Shown in pieces: positions 20,048-28,924 of a stretch of DNA of 59,585 nucleotides. The position numbers and the translations under genes are program-made. Position 1 is the stretch's first letter, and every line of letters starts with the position of its first letter. Below the pieces are notes generated by a model. It made no database searches and was not told the origin of the DNA. It was given only the letters and a program-made list of their open reading frames with translations. This DNA is from a virus (Duplodnaviria > Caudoviricetes), in IMG/VR virus record IMGVR_UViG_3300023213_000518, positions 1-59,585 of that record; one strand, 5' to 3'.

Positions 20048-21087
20048 TGTTTGTGCTTCTGTTGTACATACGGCTTGAAATCGTTCAACCTTGAGAACAC
20101 TTGACCATTGAAAATAAACCGGTAATGTGGCGATGTCTGCAGCATACCAAAATCAAATCCACGCTCTTCAACTTTACGCTTTATTTCTTTCTGGACAGAT
20201 GGGGCCAGAGAATCAAACATATTTTGTGGATTATTTCTATGACCAGCAGCAGTTGATACTTGGACAGTCGTCATTCTACAACGTTCTAAATCGGGAAGAC
20301 ATATACAACCATAACCCGATGACCTTGACCAACTACTTGAATCAACCGAATGCCAAGGATAGCTCATCGAAATCGATATGCTCGTCATGGCAAAAGCATG
20401 CAACTTTACACCACTGTACTTAGAAGTCAGTTCAAAAATTGATTCGTAATAAGCCTTCTCAGCCTTCCAATCAGACTTTCTCCACGGAAGCGTTCCTATA
20501 CCGATATGTTTGTACCCTTCGTCTAAATAACGCTTCAGCCACGACAACGGCGAATCACCATGATAGACAGGAGACACTTTCAGGCCGGCTCTTTCCAGAC
20601 GTTTCGTCATGGCATAAATCTTAGAACATTCTTTGACAAAATCAAACGTCACTGCAAAATCCCAATACCTACTGTCAGATTTACAAAATTTGATGTACTG
20701 AGAGATTACTTCTTCTCTAAGCTCTTCAATCGTCTTACCCCTAGACATAGAACCAACAGAAGCTGATGCGCGAATCTTTGCCGTCTGTTTCATTGCAAAA
20801 TTGTGAAACGAAAAAGCAGAACTATCAACCATCAGATGGATTTTGTTTTTTATGGAATTGATATACGCAGCTCTAGCGCGTTCGGCATAAGAGAAAGCTT
20901 CTGGAACAACATAGGCGAAGTTTACACAACGATACCTACAACCTGTTCCTCTAAGCCACTGCTGGTCTACTTCGGTAGGATTGGTAATCGACAAGGCCAG
21001 ATAGACATGCGGCAAATCATCAGTCTGTGGCTTAACATTCTTAGGAATATATCTTTCATCCAAAATCTCTACAGACTGTCTAGTCAT
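20029..21087 (-). CDS. TGT-fold, DpdA-like DNA guanine transglycosylase
   Basis: VDSSAFS, PVYH, IGIG, LHAFAM, PWHSVDSSSW; overlaps folE. Confidence 0.65.
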   Translation of the reverse strand: MTRQSVEILDERYIPKNVKPQTDDLPHVYLALSITNPTEVDQQWLRGTGCRYRCVNFAYVVPEAFSYAERARAAYINSIKNKIHLMVDSSAFSFHNFAMKQTAKIRASASVGSMSRGKTIEELREEVISQYIKFCKSDSRYWDFAVTFDFVKECSKIYAMTKRLERAGLKVSPVYHGDSPLSWLKRYLDEGYKHIGIGTLPWRKSDWKAEKAYYESIFELTSKYSGVKLHAFAMTSISISMSYPWHSVDSSSWSRSSGYGCICLPDLERCRMTTVQVSTAAGHRNNPQNMFDSLAPSVQKEIKRKVEERGFDFGMLQTSPHYRFIFNGQVFSRLNDFKPYVQQKHKQWGRLF

Positions 21088-21380
21088 TTACTTCTCACAG
21101 AACCATCCAAAAACAGCTTACAGATTTCTTTATCTTGACAAATACTTCCACAGACTACAATTTTGGGATTATATCCATACAGAACCAGACCATTCGCGAG
21201 AACTGAGTTCTTTCCAAAACAACTATCAACGTAACTAGACTTCTGTTTACGTTCATAGCACCCAAAACAAACGCCAGTAGACACAAAATACTTACCCTCA
21301 GCAATGTCCTGAACAGAAAACCTTTCAGAGCATAACAGACAAGGGAGTATCTTCTTCTGCCTAATCGAACCGAAGAACAT
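21084..21380 (-). CDS. Cys-rich hypothetical protein
   Basis: CxxC pairs and further Cys residues. Confidence 0.55.
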   Translation of the reverse strand: MFFGSIRQKKILPCLLCSERFSVQDIAEGKYFVSTGVCFGCYERKQKSSYVDSCFGKNSVLANGLVLYGYNPKIVVCGSICQDKEICKLFLDGSVRSK

Positions 21381-21402
21381 AGTTGTTATCCATCAACATA
21401 TT

Positions 21403-21972
21403 TTACAAAACCGGGAAGTTTGTCTCTAACAGTAAATGGTAGTCTTGGCGAGTAACTTTGCAGCGCGTCGATAAACTAAGAAACTCTTTTTTTGCCATAT
21501 CGAAATCACTCGATTTTTTGATGCGGGGCGGCGTACCAAACCACATCTTCATCTGGCATCTTAGCCTTGGACTAGCTTGTTTGTACACTTGCTGCAAAGC
21601 CAATCTAGCTTCATAAAGTTTTGACAACGGCATCTGGTCTACAACAAACAAACTATTCAGATCTTCCACTTTGACAATCTGCGTATTCCTTTTCCGGCAA
21701 GAGTACTTCTTTACTACATTTATCAGGTATCGCTCAGTAGACATGTACACGAAGGTCGATATCTTCGTTCTGCCATCGTACACTCTCGAAGAATCAAATT
21801 GAATATAGGCAATACATTCATAAACCAAATCTTCTACATCTATCCACACCCGTATCGAAGCAGGAAGACATGCCCAATACTTCCAGCATAATTTTGCAAC
21901 CATTGGAACATACTGCTTCATCAACGAACACTGAAAACGACGACCAAAACGACATATGGGGATATGCGTCAT
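21403..21972 (-). CDS. RNA polymerase sigma-factor-like protein (region 2)
   Basis: Y.PMV.K....Y, DVEDLV, YDG..KISTFVY pattern. Confidence 0.55.
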   Translation of the reverse strand: MTHIPICRFGRRFQCSLMKQYVPMVAKLCWKYWACLPASIRVWIDVEDLVYECIAYIQFDSSRVYDGRTKISTFVYMSTERYLINVVKKYSCRKRNTQIVKVEDLNSLFVVDQMPLSKLYEARLALQQVYKQASPRLRCQMKMWFGTPPRIKKSSDFDMAKKEFLSLSTRCKVTRQDYHLLLETNFPVL

Positions 21973-22053
21973 TCTTTTTCCTTCCGTCTAAGTTTTTATT
22001 TGGAGCAGCGTTCATTGTATTTTTTGTTAGCCCAACTGTCAAATGATATCTCA

Positions 22054-23001
22054 TCATTTTACTGTGAACCAGTAATTCCTGTCTTTCAAAGCTTCGCGTA
22101 ATTCGTATTGCCCAAGGAACTTCAACAGCTTTTGGTATTCATTCTGACCATACTCTCCTCTGTACGGATAGTGATAAAGCTGATTAACTCCACTCGCCAT
22201 AAGAGATATAGCATCTGAACTAACACAGCCAGCCAAGTGTGAAAAACTTAAAGCTATTCTACTCATCCTCCAACAGTAATGAATTAGTTCCCACTTAGGT
22301 TCTAAACTCTTGTATTGCGACTGAACATAGGTCTTATTCATTCCAAATGGAAGACCCGGATTCAAACCAGCAATGATAGCTTCCTTGGCACGTACAGGGC
22401 CAATACCCGGCGCTCCGGGTAGATTATCTGACGCATCACCGGTCAGTGCTCTATATCGTACCCAGTCTTTTGGCCACACGCCAAACTCTTTAAACACATC
22501 ATCAACACCATACAGCTTATCTCTCTTGGGGGAAAACACAGAAATCTTTTGGTCGACAAGCTGATAGAAATCTTGGTCTGTACTAACAATGACTATTTCA
22601 TACTTATCTCTCAACACAGTACAGCACAAACCAATCAAATCATCAGCTTCAACATTATCAAACCTCAAATGCTTAAATTTCAGGATAGTGTGTAGCAGTG
22701 TGCATAACTTTGGAAATTGCAGAAAAGCTTTCTTTACATCCAAAGGCATTTCACCACCACTACGTCGATTGGCTTTATACAAAAACGGTGGCGTCTGATG
22801 ACGCCAAGTCTTTCCCTTACCATCCCAACAAAAAACGACAGCGGCTTTTGGAAACAACTTCTCGGTCAATCTCTTCATAGCCATCATCCCACCATGAAGC
22901 ATACCCGTAGGAAATCCGTCACTAGAGTGTAACGGAATGTGGGCATAAGCATACCGAAACCCAAAATTCTTTCCATCAACCAAAACTATCTTTTTCGTCA
23001 C
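22054..23001 (-). CDS. 5'-3' exonuclease / flap endonuclease (Pol I N-terminal-like)
   Basis: LVDG, CWDG, YKANR, EADDLIG, STDQDFYQL, GDASDNLPGAPGIGPVRA. Confidence 0.92.
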   Translation of the reverse strand: MTKKIVLVDGKNFGFRYAYAHIPLHSSDGFPTGMLHGGMMAMKRLTEKLFPKAAVVFCWDGKGKTWRHQTPPFLYKANRRSGGEMPLDVKKAFLQFPKLCTLLHTILKFKHLRFDNVEADDLIGLCCTVLRDKYEIVIVSTDQDFYQLVDQKISVFSPKRDKLYGVDDVFKEFGVWPKDWVRYRALTGDASDNLPGAPGIGPVRAKEAIIAGLNPGLPFGMNKTYVQSQYKSLEPKWELIHYCWRMSRIALSFSHLAGCVSSDAISLMASGVNQLYHYPYRGEYGQNEYQKLLKFLGQYELREALKDRNYWFTVK

Positions 23002-23189
23002 GGCGTAAATCCAGGCTCTAACTTGTAATCGTCATCAACAACTTTCCAATAACGGCTAGGATCTGGACCAGTCGATTCATTTATAGCATCGGCTATCTTC
23101 TGTGCTTTCTCCTTAGGCATAGACCAAAGAAGAAACCTCTCGTTGGGGTAATCACCACCAAAGTTATCTGTTTCGACTATACGACTCAT
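22998..23189 (-). CDS. hypothetical protein
   Basis: GAGGAGG upstream; GTGA overlap. Confidence 0.6.
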   Translation of the reverse strand: MSRIVETDNFGGDYPNERFLLWSMPKEKAQKIADAINESTGPDPSRYWKVVDDDYKLEPGFTP

Positions 23190-23215
23190 CTTTCAAAATC
23201 CTCCTCGCTCAAGAC

Positions 23216-23277
23216 AAAAACATCGTCCGAGAGACGTGATATTTTCTAGACTTTAAAACACTACGTCTCTCGAACGA
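23216..23277 (-). terminator. long hairpin followed by U-tract
   Basis: CGAGAGACGT (23228-37) / ACGTCTCTCG (23263-72), extendable, then TGTTTTT on minus strand. Confidence 0.6.
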
Positions 23278-23292
23278 ACTACATCACGTCTA

Positions 23293-23493
23293 TCAACAAA
23301 CCAGAGTGTAGAGAACCAAACCCCCAGGGCCGAGAATTATCAAAGAAATAACTGCCCCCTTTACTGTACAACTTGAACTTCCACTTGATGGTGCTGGTAA
23401 CGGACTACCATCAGCGTGAGCCGGAGGTGCAATAAACGTCAGTGATGACACAAACACCAAAACTAAGCACATCAACAGCGTAACGGCTTTCAT
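23293..23493 (-). CDS. small secreted/membrane protein
   Basis: signal peptide ending AHA-D; hydrophobic C-terminus. Confidence 0.6.
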   Translation of the reverse strand: MKAVTLLMCLVLVFVSSLTFIAPPAHADGSPLPAPSSGSSSCTVKGAVISLIILGPGGLVLYTLVC

Positions 23494-23634
23494 TGTTCAT
23501 TTCTCCTTAGCATTCGCAGCCTCTAAGGCCACGAAAATCAATTTGTTCAGGTGCTTTATGTAGAGCATCATGAAGAATCCAATTCACAGCTTCCAGCAAA
23601 ACATCTTCTCTCGTTCTTAAACTCATACTTCCTC

Positions 23635-23928
23635 CTATTGTTGACGAGAACGAATAGCTTCAGCAAACACCTTAAAAGCATAAGCAAACGTAATTGGCTG
23701 CGACACACTTGGACAAAATTCAACAACTCTCATCGGATCAGAAAGACGATCGGCAATCTTAGCGCAAGCCTCGCGCTCCGCAGCTACCGCCTTGTCAATG
23801 GCGGAATGAAAAAGTTCCGCAACGTACGGAGTAAATTTTTCCACATACCTATCAAGCGCGTTTCCAGCAAAGCAAGTGCTTAGGGCTTTCCTTACCGCTT
23901 CCCGTGCGATGTCGCTTGGCGGGGTCAT
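23635..23928 (-). CDS. hypothetical phage protein
   Basis: AAEREACAKIAD motif common in phage accessory proteins; GAGGAG upstream. Confidence 0.6.
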   Translation of the reverse strand: MTPPSDIAREAVRKALSTCFAGNALDRYVEKFTPYVAELFHSAIDKAVAAEREACAKIADRLSDPMRVVEFCPSVSQPITFAYAFKVFAEAIRSRQQ

Positions 23929-24771
23929 GGCTTCTCCTCGCAATAGCAAGGAACAAACGCACTCTTACCGTAGTCCCAACACGGCATCCCGCAGATGGTT
24001 ACGACACCACCAATTTGCTTGCGCTCCTGTGCATTTTCTGGAAGATGCTGATGCCCGCAGGACTCGCAAACTTTCACATCTTTATCTCGCCGATAAGGTC
24101 GGTAAGGATTGCCGATGATGCTCATGCTTTCCTCCTCGACGCCTTCCACAATTCCCGCGTCGTGTGTACCCCAGTGTGTCCCTTTGGACGCTCGCACCTG
24201 AACCTTCCCCAAGTGCTAGAGCAGGTATCTCGGTTATGGGCAAAGCGCATCCGTTTTCGGCGACTCATGCTTTCCTCCCGGCTTCGAGGGCGGCGCGTCG
24301 TTGTCGATGTTCTTCACTGGGATGCATAGGGAAGCCGCCAGCATCGAATCCCCATTTTGTGCTCGGCCAGTGCTGCCACTAGCGCCGCCTCCCGGATGGC
24401 GGCGTCGATGCGCTTGGCCAAGGTCTTAGCAATTTCTTGGGTTACGTAAAGACTACGAACTGTTAGGGCTAACTTCTCCCCCGCGCTCTCCGCTTCTTGC
24501 TCTTGTGGGGTGGTGGTCATGGCGTCACCTCGCTGCTCGCGATCTTTCTTCTTCCTCTTGGGCTTCATCGCGGGCCTCGCGTTTCCTCGGTCTCGGTGAC
24601 GCAGGCTCCTGTCCAATGTGGATATAGGTTTGCCATCGGATGCATCCCCTGTAAGTCTGCTCCACAGTTGGGACACTTCGCGTTGTAGGTCGCCCATGCA
24701 CGTATGTCGGTTGGCTTCCATTCTGGAATATTTTCGGCATCGCTCACGGTGTCCTCCTCCCTATACAGCAC
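23925..24771 (-). other. cluster of short overlapping GC-richer hypothetical ORFs
   Basis: several overlapping ORFs with CxxC pairs; exact gene boundaries not resolvable by eye. Confidence 0.4.
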
Positions 24772-24774
24772 ACC

Positions 24775-25278
24775 TCATTTCAAATCGAGAACCGGAAACT
24801 GACTCGAAATTTCAAGAAACTTTGTAACTTCCTTAACCGACGATGTATGTCGAATAGCTAAGAAACCTTTCAGAGAGTATCGACTATTTTTTATCACCAG
24901 CAAAGACAAGAAAAAATTCGTAGCGTGATTCGGAGAATTCACCATACGCAGATAGGTTTCAACATCGCCATGAGAAAGTGTCGTCAAACCATTACAATGA
25001 TGACCATGCCAATTACCAAGATGATGGATATCAGGACGATGACCCTCAACGGCACGAAACAACTTTTCTTGGTACTCTCCATCATTGAAAAAACTAGTTC
25101 TCGTTCGTTGTGCTTTTGGCCCAGCCGACAACACAGCACGAACTGAAATAGTAAAATCTTTTGTAAACGAAGTGTAGAAGCCTATCAACCGACCACCAGT
25201 CTCAACATTAGGATACTTACTACACTCTACGAACATACCATCAACAATAGCTTTCGGAATTGTGATTCTCAACATCAC
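24775..25278 (-). CDS. JAB/MPN (JAMM) metalloprotease-family protein
   Basis: ETGG.LIG, GP.A, GNWHGH....LS.GD (JAMM E-HxH-S-D). Confidence 0.8.
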   Translation of the reverse strand: MMLRITIPKAIVDGMFVECSKYPNVETGGRLIGFYTSFTKDFTISVRAVLSAGPKAQRTRTSFFNDGEYQEKLFRAVEGHRPDIHHLGNWHGHHCNGLTTLSHGDVETYLRMVNSPNHATNFFLSLLVIKNSRYSLKGFLAIRHTSSVKEVTKFLEISSQFPVLDLK

Positions 25279-25511
25279 TTACTTCCCCGTATCCTAACTA
25301 CCATTTCATTCAAGTTAAACCAGAGCATAAACAACTTGTTTAACAATTTTCCTAGCCTAGTCTTTTTCTCCCACCTACAACAATCATACTCAGGCGTTAG
25401 GCAATCAATGGGGAGTCCATCACAATCAGAACACCAATGAGCATCTGGTGCCAACCAAGAACGACCACGACACTTCAACATATCTAGACGCAACTCATAA
25501 ATATTAGCCAT
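25275..25511 (-). CDS. hypothetical protein
   Basis: 78-aa ORF, HWC.DCDGLPID. Confidence 0.55.
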   Translation of the reverse strand: MANIYELRLDMLKCRGRSWLAPDAHWCSDCDGLPIDCLTPEYDCCRWEKKTRLGKLLNKLFMLWFNLNEMVVRIRGSK

Positions 25512-25632
25512 TGCTAGACCTCTAAGCAGGAATTTCTTCTATCTCTGTTCCGATGTTCAAGTCACTAAAAGTCGAATAACCACAATTCGGACAACGACCA
25601 GCAACGTGCTACGATTTTCTTAGGATTACTAA

Positions 25633-26613
25633 TCATCTTACTAACTCTCTATTACCAAAAATTCTACCAACCTTCAGCTTCTGTTCGAGAAACACCGTAT
25701 AGCCCCGCCTATTTCTCAAATGATCGATAATCTTATCTTTCGGCAATTCATCAGCCTGATACACAGGCAAGGGATAAGCTATAGATACATTCTGAAACAG
25801 ATGACGAAAACTACTAGCGGCAGAAAGGAATCCATTCACACCGGCGTAATCAGGGTCACAAAACATAACGATTTCTTTTGCACCTTTGAGCTGAGGCAAC
25901 TGCTCGTTCGTTACACCGTGACCCTGACAAGAAACGGAATACCAGTTCTGTCTAGGACCAAAACATCTTTCTATGGCCAAGGCCTTGAAAATCCCTTCGG
26001 ATAAAACAATCGTTGAACCTTTAGGCACAGGACACGGAACATTATACAATTTTTTGACACCATCGGAATTCAAATACCGCAACAACTTACCATCTACGCC
26101 TTTTCTGTTTCCGGTGATGTCCCGAGAAATCCAACCACACAAACCAACTTCAGGATAATGCACAGGGAAGAGTATTGAATGCGCCCACCGTCCTTCCAAG
26201 GCGCAACCGATGTTTTTCTTTTCTATCTGGTCTTGCGTTACACCTCGTTCCAACAAATACTTTTTCATGTTCCATAGAAGCATGTCTCCTTCATCTACGT
26301 CATAAAGAGGAACAAATTCTTTAGGCAACTCCGTCGGGTCTGGTCTAGCTTGACTGACATGTGGATTGGCAACAGCATCCAACTGACCCATCTTTAAAGC
26401 ATAAGACAAAGACGTTACAGCATCTCTAGACGACCAACCACAATTGTAGCAGTGACCCAACCCCGTCAGATAGTTTACAGAAAGACGAAATCGATGGTCT
26501 GGCGATTCGTGCCTCTCGACACAGAACGGACAGCAGAGATAGATTTCTCCATCGCGTGACTGATGTGGCTTAAAAGCAACACCGTTCGTAGTAAGTGCTT
26601 CGATAAGGTTCAT
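25633..26613 (-). CDS. dnaG: DNA primase (Zn finger plus TOPRIM)
   Basis: CPFC...CYNC, RYLN, SEGIFKA, DPDYAG; probable start MNLIEAL. Confidence 0.85.
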   Translation of the reverse strand: MNLIEALTTNGVAFKPHQSRDGEIYLCCPFCVERHESPDHRFRLSVNYLTGLGHCYNCGWSSRDAVTSLSYALKMGQLDAVANPHVSQARPDPTELPKEFVPLYDVDEGDMLLWNMKKYLLERGVTQDQIEKKNIGCALEGRWAHSILFPVHYPEVGLCGWISRDITGNRKGVDGKLLRYLNSDGVKKLYNVPCPVPKGSTIVLSEGIFKALAIERCFGPRQNWYSVSCQGHGVTNEQLPQLKGAKEIVMFCDPDYAGVNGFLSAASSFRHLFQNVSIAYPLPVYQADELPKDKIIDHLRNRRGYTVFLEQKLKVGRIFGNRELVR

Positions 26614-26855
26614 GCAGACGCCAACAATCCCCGCTCTCTCAAACCCATAGCACAATGAATTACAAAATCATCCATATTGTTGTCTTTTAGACAAAGTGAA
26701 CAACTGATGATTCCCATTTCTTTATCGGTGGCTCTTTCAAAATGGCTTATCTCTACTTCCTGGCCATCAGCAATATGCAAACAAACGATGTAACCCGGTT
26801 CTACTTCGCCAGGATGTTCGTGACATTCAACGTAGGGATATTTTGGTTCTGGCAT
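26610..26855 (-). CDS. Cys/His-rich hypothetical protein
   Basis: C..H, C.H, C..C, HC. Confidence 0.55.
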   Translation of the reverse strand: MPEPKYPYVECHEHPGEVEPGYIVCLHIADGQEVEISHFERATDKEMGIISCSLCLKDNNMDDFVIHCAMGLRERGLLASA

Positions 26856-27027
26856 TTTCTTTCTCGCTGTTCATGAGGAACCTTTCAACGATATCCCAAA
26901 ACATCGAATCCGGTCTAAGTCTGTAAGTCGCCAGCAAAATTCCGAAAAGCATATTCGCTGCTACTTGCGTCAGCTCCGACATAACTGCAGCAGCCAAAAC
27001 CTGACAATCTTTCGACGTTCTTTTCAC
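26827..27027 (-). CDS. hypothetical protein
   Basis: GTGA-coupled 66-aa ORF. Confidence 0.45.
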   Translation of the reverse strand: MKRTSKDCQVLAAAVMSELTQVAANMLFGILLATYRLRPDSMFWDIVERFLMNSEKENARTKISLR

Positions 27028-27236
27028 CCAGCACTCTCAACAACAAGATAGCCAAGATTGGAGATATGCGTTCTACCTTCGTGTACGAACTTTACAGCAG
27101 CGATTCCAACCGTAACGTTAACACACCCCGTATACTCGGCGAAGATATGCGAATTATTAGTACCCTCTCTTGAGGAATTGTTGAAAAGAGTAACATTCCA
27201 CTTAACATTACCATCCAACTCATAAGGCTCGTCCAC
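27024..27236 (-). CDS. hypothetical protein
   Basis: 70-aa ORF directly after helicase stop. Confidence 0.5.
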   Translation of the reverse strand: MDEPYELDGNVKWNVTLFNNSSREGTNNSHIFAEYTGCVNVTVGIAAVKFVHEGRTHISNLGYLVVESAG

Positions 27237-27237
27237 G

Positions 27238-28581
27238 TTAAACCTCGTCTTCCTGAAACTTTACAAGCTTGGCCATCGTTGCATCACGGTCATAAAAAAC
27301 CGACTCTTCTTTTTTCATCATGATGTTACAACCAACTTTGGACCTGTCTGACCTATGACTGTCAACGTACAGATAACAACTATCATCACCCCAGTCACCA
27401 GCCCCTAGGCCAAGAACCAAATGGGCCTTTCTAACTTTACCTATTGCATCAGCTATTTTACCACCAGAGATTATTTTTACAGTCTGTGTATCTCGTCCCG
27501 TCTGTGACGCCGTCCAGCCAATCAACTGATGCCGTCCAACAAAAGACCTATATTCAGCATAAACGTCGGCCATCCTTTCGTGTTTTTCTTTTTTCTTGTC
27601 AGGCGGCACAAGCTCATCGTCATAATCAACTATAACGAAGTCTGGAGTAAACCCCATGTTTCTATCACGCTCAAACTGATCTTCTATTTTTCTGATCGAC
27701 ACTCCACCATCCGTACCATCATAGATTTTCAACTTCGTACGGATAGATTTTCTAACCCAAGCAAACCTCTGTCTGATTTTCTCTTCAGACTCATGCAAAG
27801 ATTTAATAGGTAGATTCGTAACACAAGCATCAAATCTGTCCTCAACGTCATCCAAAGGATCTTCCAGTGTCCAGTAACTACCGCGCAGGCCTTGCAGAAT
27901 ATAAGCGAAAGTCGTCCACTGCAAGAAAAGGCTTTTTCCTCTTTTCCACGGCGCCATAACCAACCCTATATGGCCTCTAGAAATGATGTGCACCAACTGA
28001 TCCAGTGGGTCGATAAGCAAAAAGGGGAACCTCTGACGACGGTACTGTATTCCCCTACGTGCTATTCTTTTTTCCAGTTCGTCCCAGTAATCCGACGTCC
28101 GAACGGAATTTTTGTAGTACTTCAATCCTTCCTGGCAGGTTTGTATCCAAGCGTCGTCAGTAAGCTTACCTTCCTGTTGCAAAGACATCAATTTGTCTAC
28201 AGCAGAAGCCTTGGCTTTTTCTCTTTTGAACTGAACGATTTTATTGCCAATAGCAGAAGCGGCTTTTAACGTTCCGTTCTGAGACAAACGCTCGATGTAC
28301 ATATCCAATCTGGCTTTTTGTTTCTGATCATTAACCGTCTCAATGAATTGGAGCATCTGAGACCGTAGCAACTTACCCATCGGGTCACGATAAAGGCGCC
28401 AGAATTCTATCGCTTCCTTTGCGACCCAATAACGCTCTCGGCTCTCCATCCTGTTTCGTGGCAGAAAGTCGTCAGGCTCAAGCATGGAGCCATAGTCACG
28501 TAAAAAATTTCTGTCATAAATCAGGAACTTGATTAGTTCGTCCTGAAAATCAGGATCTTCGAAATAGGAGCCCTGTTCCAT
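27238..28581 (-). CDS. dnaB: DnaB/gp41-like replicative helicase
   Basis: Walker A-like APWKRGKS, TLE, Walker B IVDYDD, WTASQ; near primase. Confidence 0.8.
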   Translation of the reverse strand: MEQGSYFEDPDFQDELIKFLIYDRNFLRDYGSMLEPDDFLPRNRMESRERYWVAKEAIEFWRLYRDPMGKLLRSQMLQFIETVNDQKQKARLDMYIERLSQNGTLKAASAIGNKIVQFKREKAKASAVDKLMSLQQEGKLTDDAWIQTCQEGLKYYKNSVRTSDYWDELEKRIARRGIQYRRQRFPFLLIDPLDQLVHIISRGHIGLVMAPWKRGKSLFLQWTTFAYILQGLRGSYWTLEDPLDDVEDRFDACVTNLPIKSLHESEEKIRQRFAWVRKSIRTKLKIYDGTDGGVSIRKIEDQFERDRNMGFTPDFVIVDYDDELVPPDKKKEKHERMADVYAEYRSFVGRHQLIGWTASQTGRDTQTVKIISGGKIADAIGKVRKAHLVLGLGAGDWGDDSCYLYVDSHRSDRSKVGCNIMMKKEESVFYDRDATMAKLVKFQEDEV

Positions 28582-28628
28582 TCGCAGGCCCGGATTACTT
28601 CAACGACGAAGTTAGTTCTTCAATCTGA

Positions 28629-28919
28629 TTACGCAGCCTTTCCAGAGCTTCTTGTTTTTGTTCCGGGCTGGCTGTGTTCGTGTTCCCTACCAGATTTATC
28701 GCCTTCTCTGCCAGCTCTTCTAATTCTTTCAGACTCGCCATATCTTTCTCTCCTTAAAACTTCTTGTGGGCTTTCACCGCTCAATAGAAACTCACTGAAG
28801 GATTTCGGTGTCTTACAAATCTCACAACCAACTCCGACTGCCGCCCAACAATTTCTGATACTCTTCCACACCAAAAGCCTGTGGCACTTCCTTCTAGGAC
28901 AATGAAGTTCTTTTGCCAT
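28629..28919 (-). CDS. Zn-finger-like hypothetical protein
   Basis: C....C and C..C; RBS GAGGT lies in the last degenerate array unit. Confidence 0.55.
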   Translation of the reverse strand: MAKELHCPRRKCHRLLVWKSIRNCWAAVGVGCEICKTPKSFSEFLLSGESPQEVLRRERYGESERIRRAGREGDKSGREHEHSQPGTKTRSSGKAA

Positions 28920-28924
28920 CAAGA

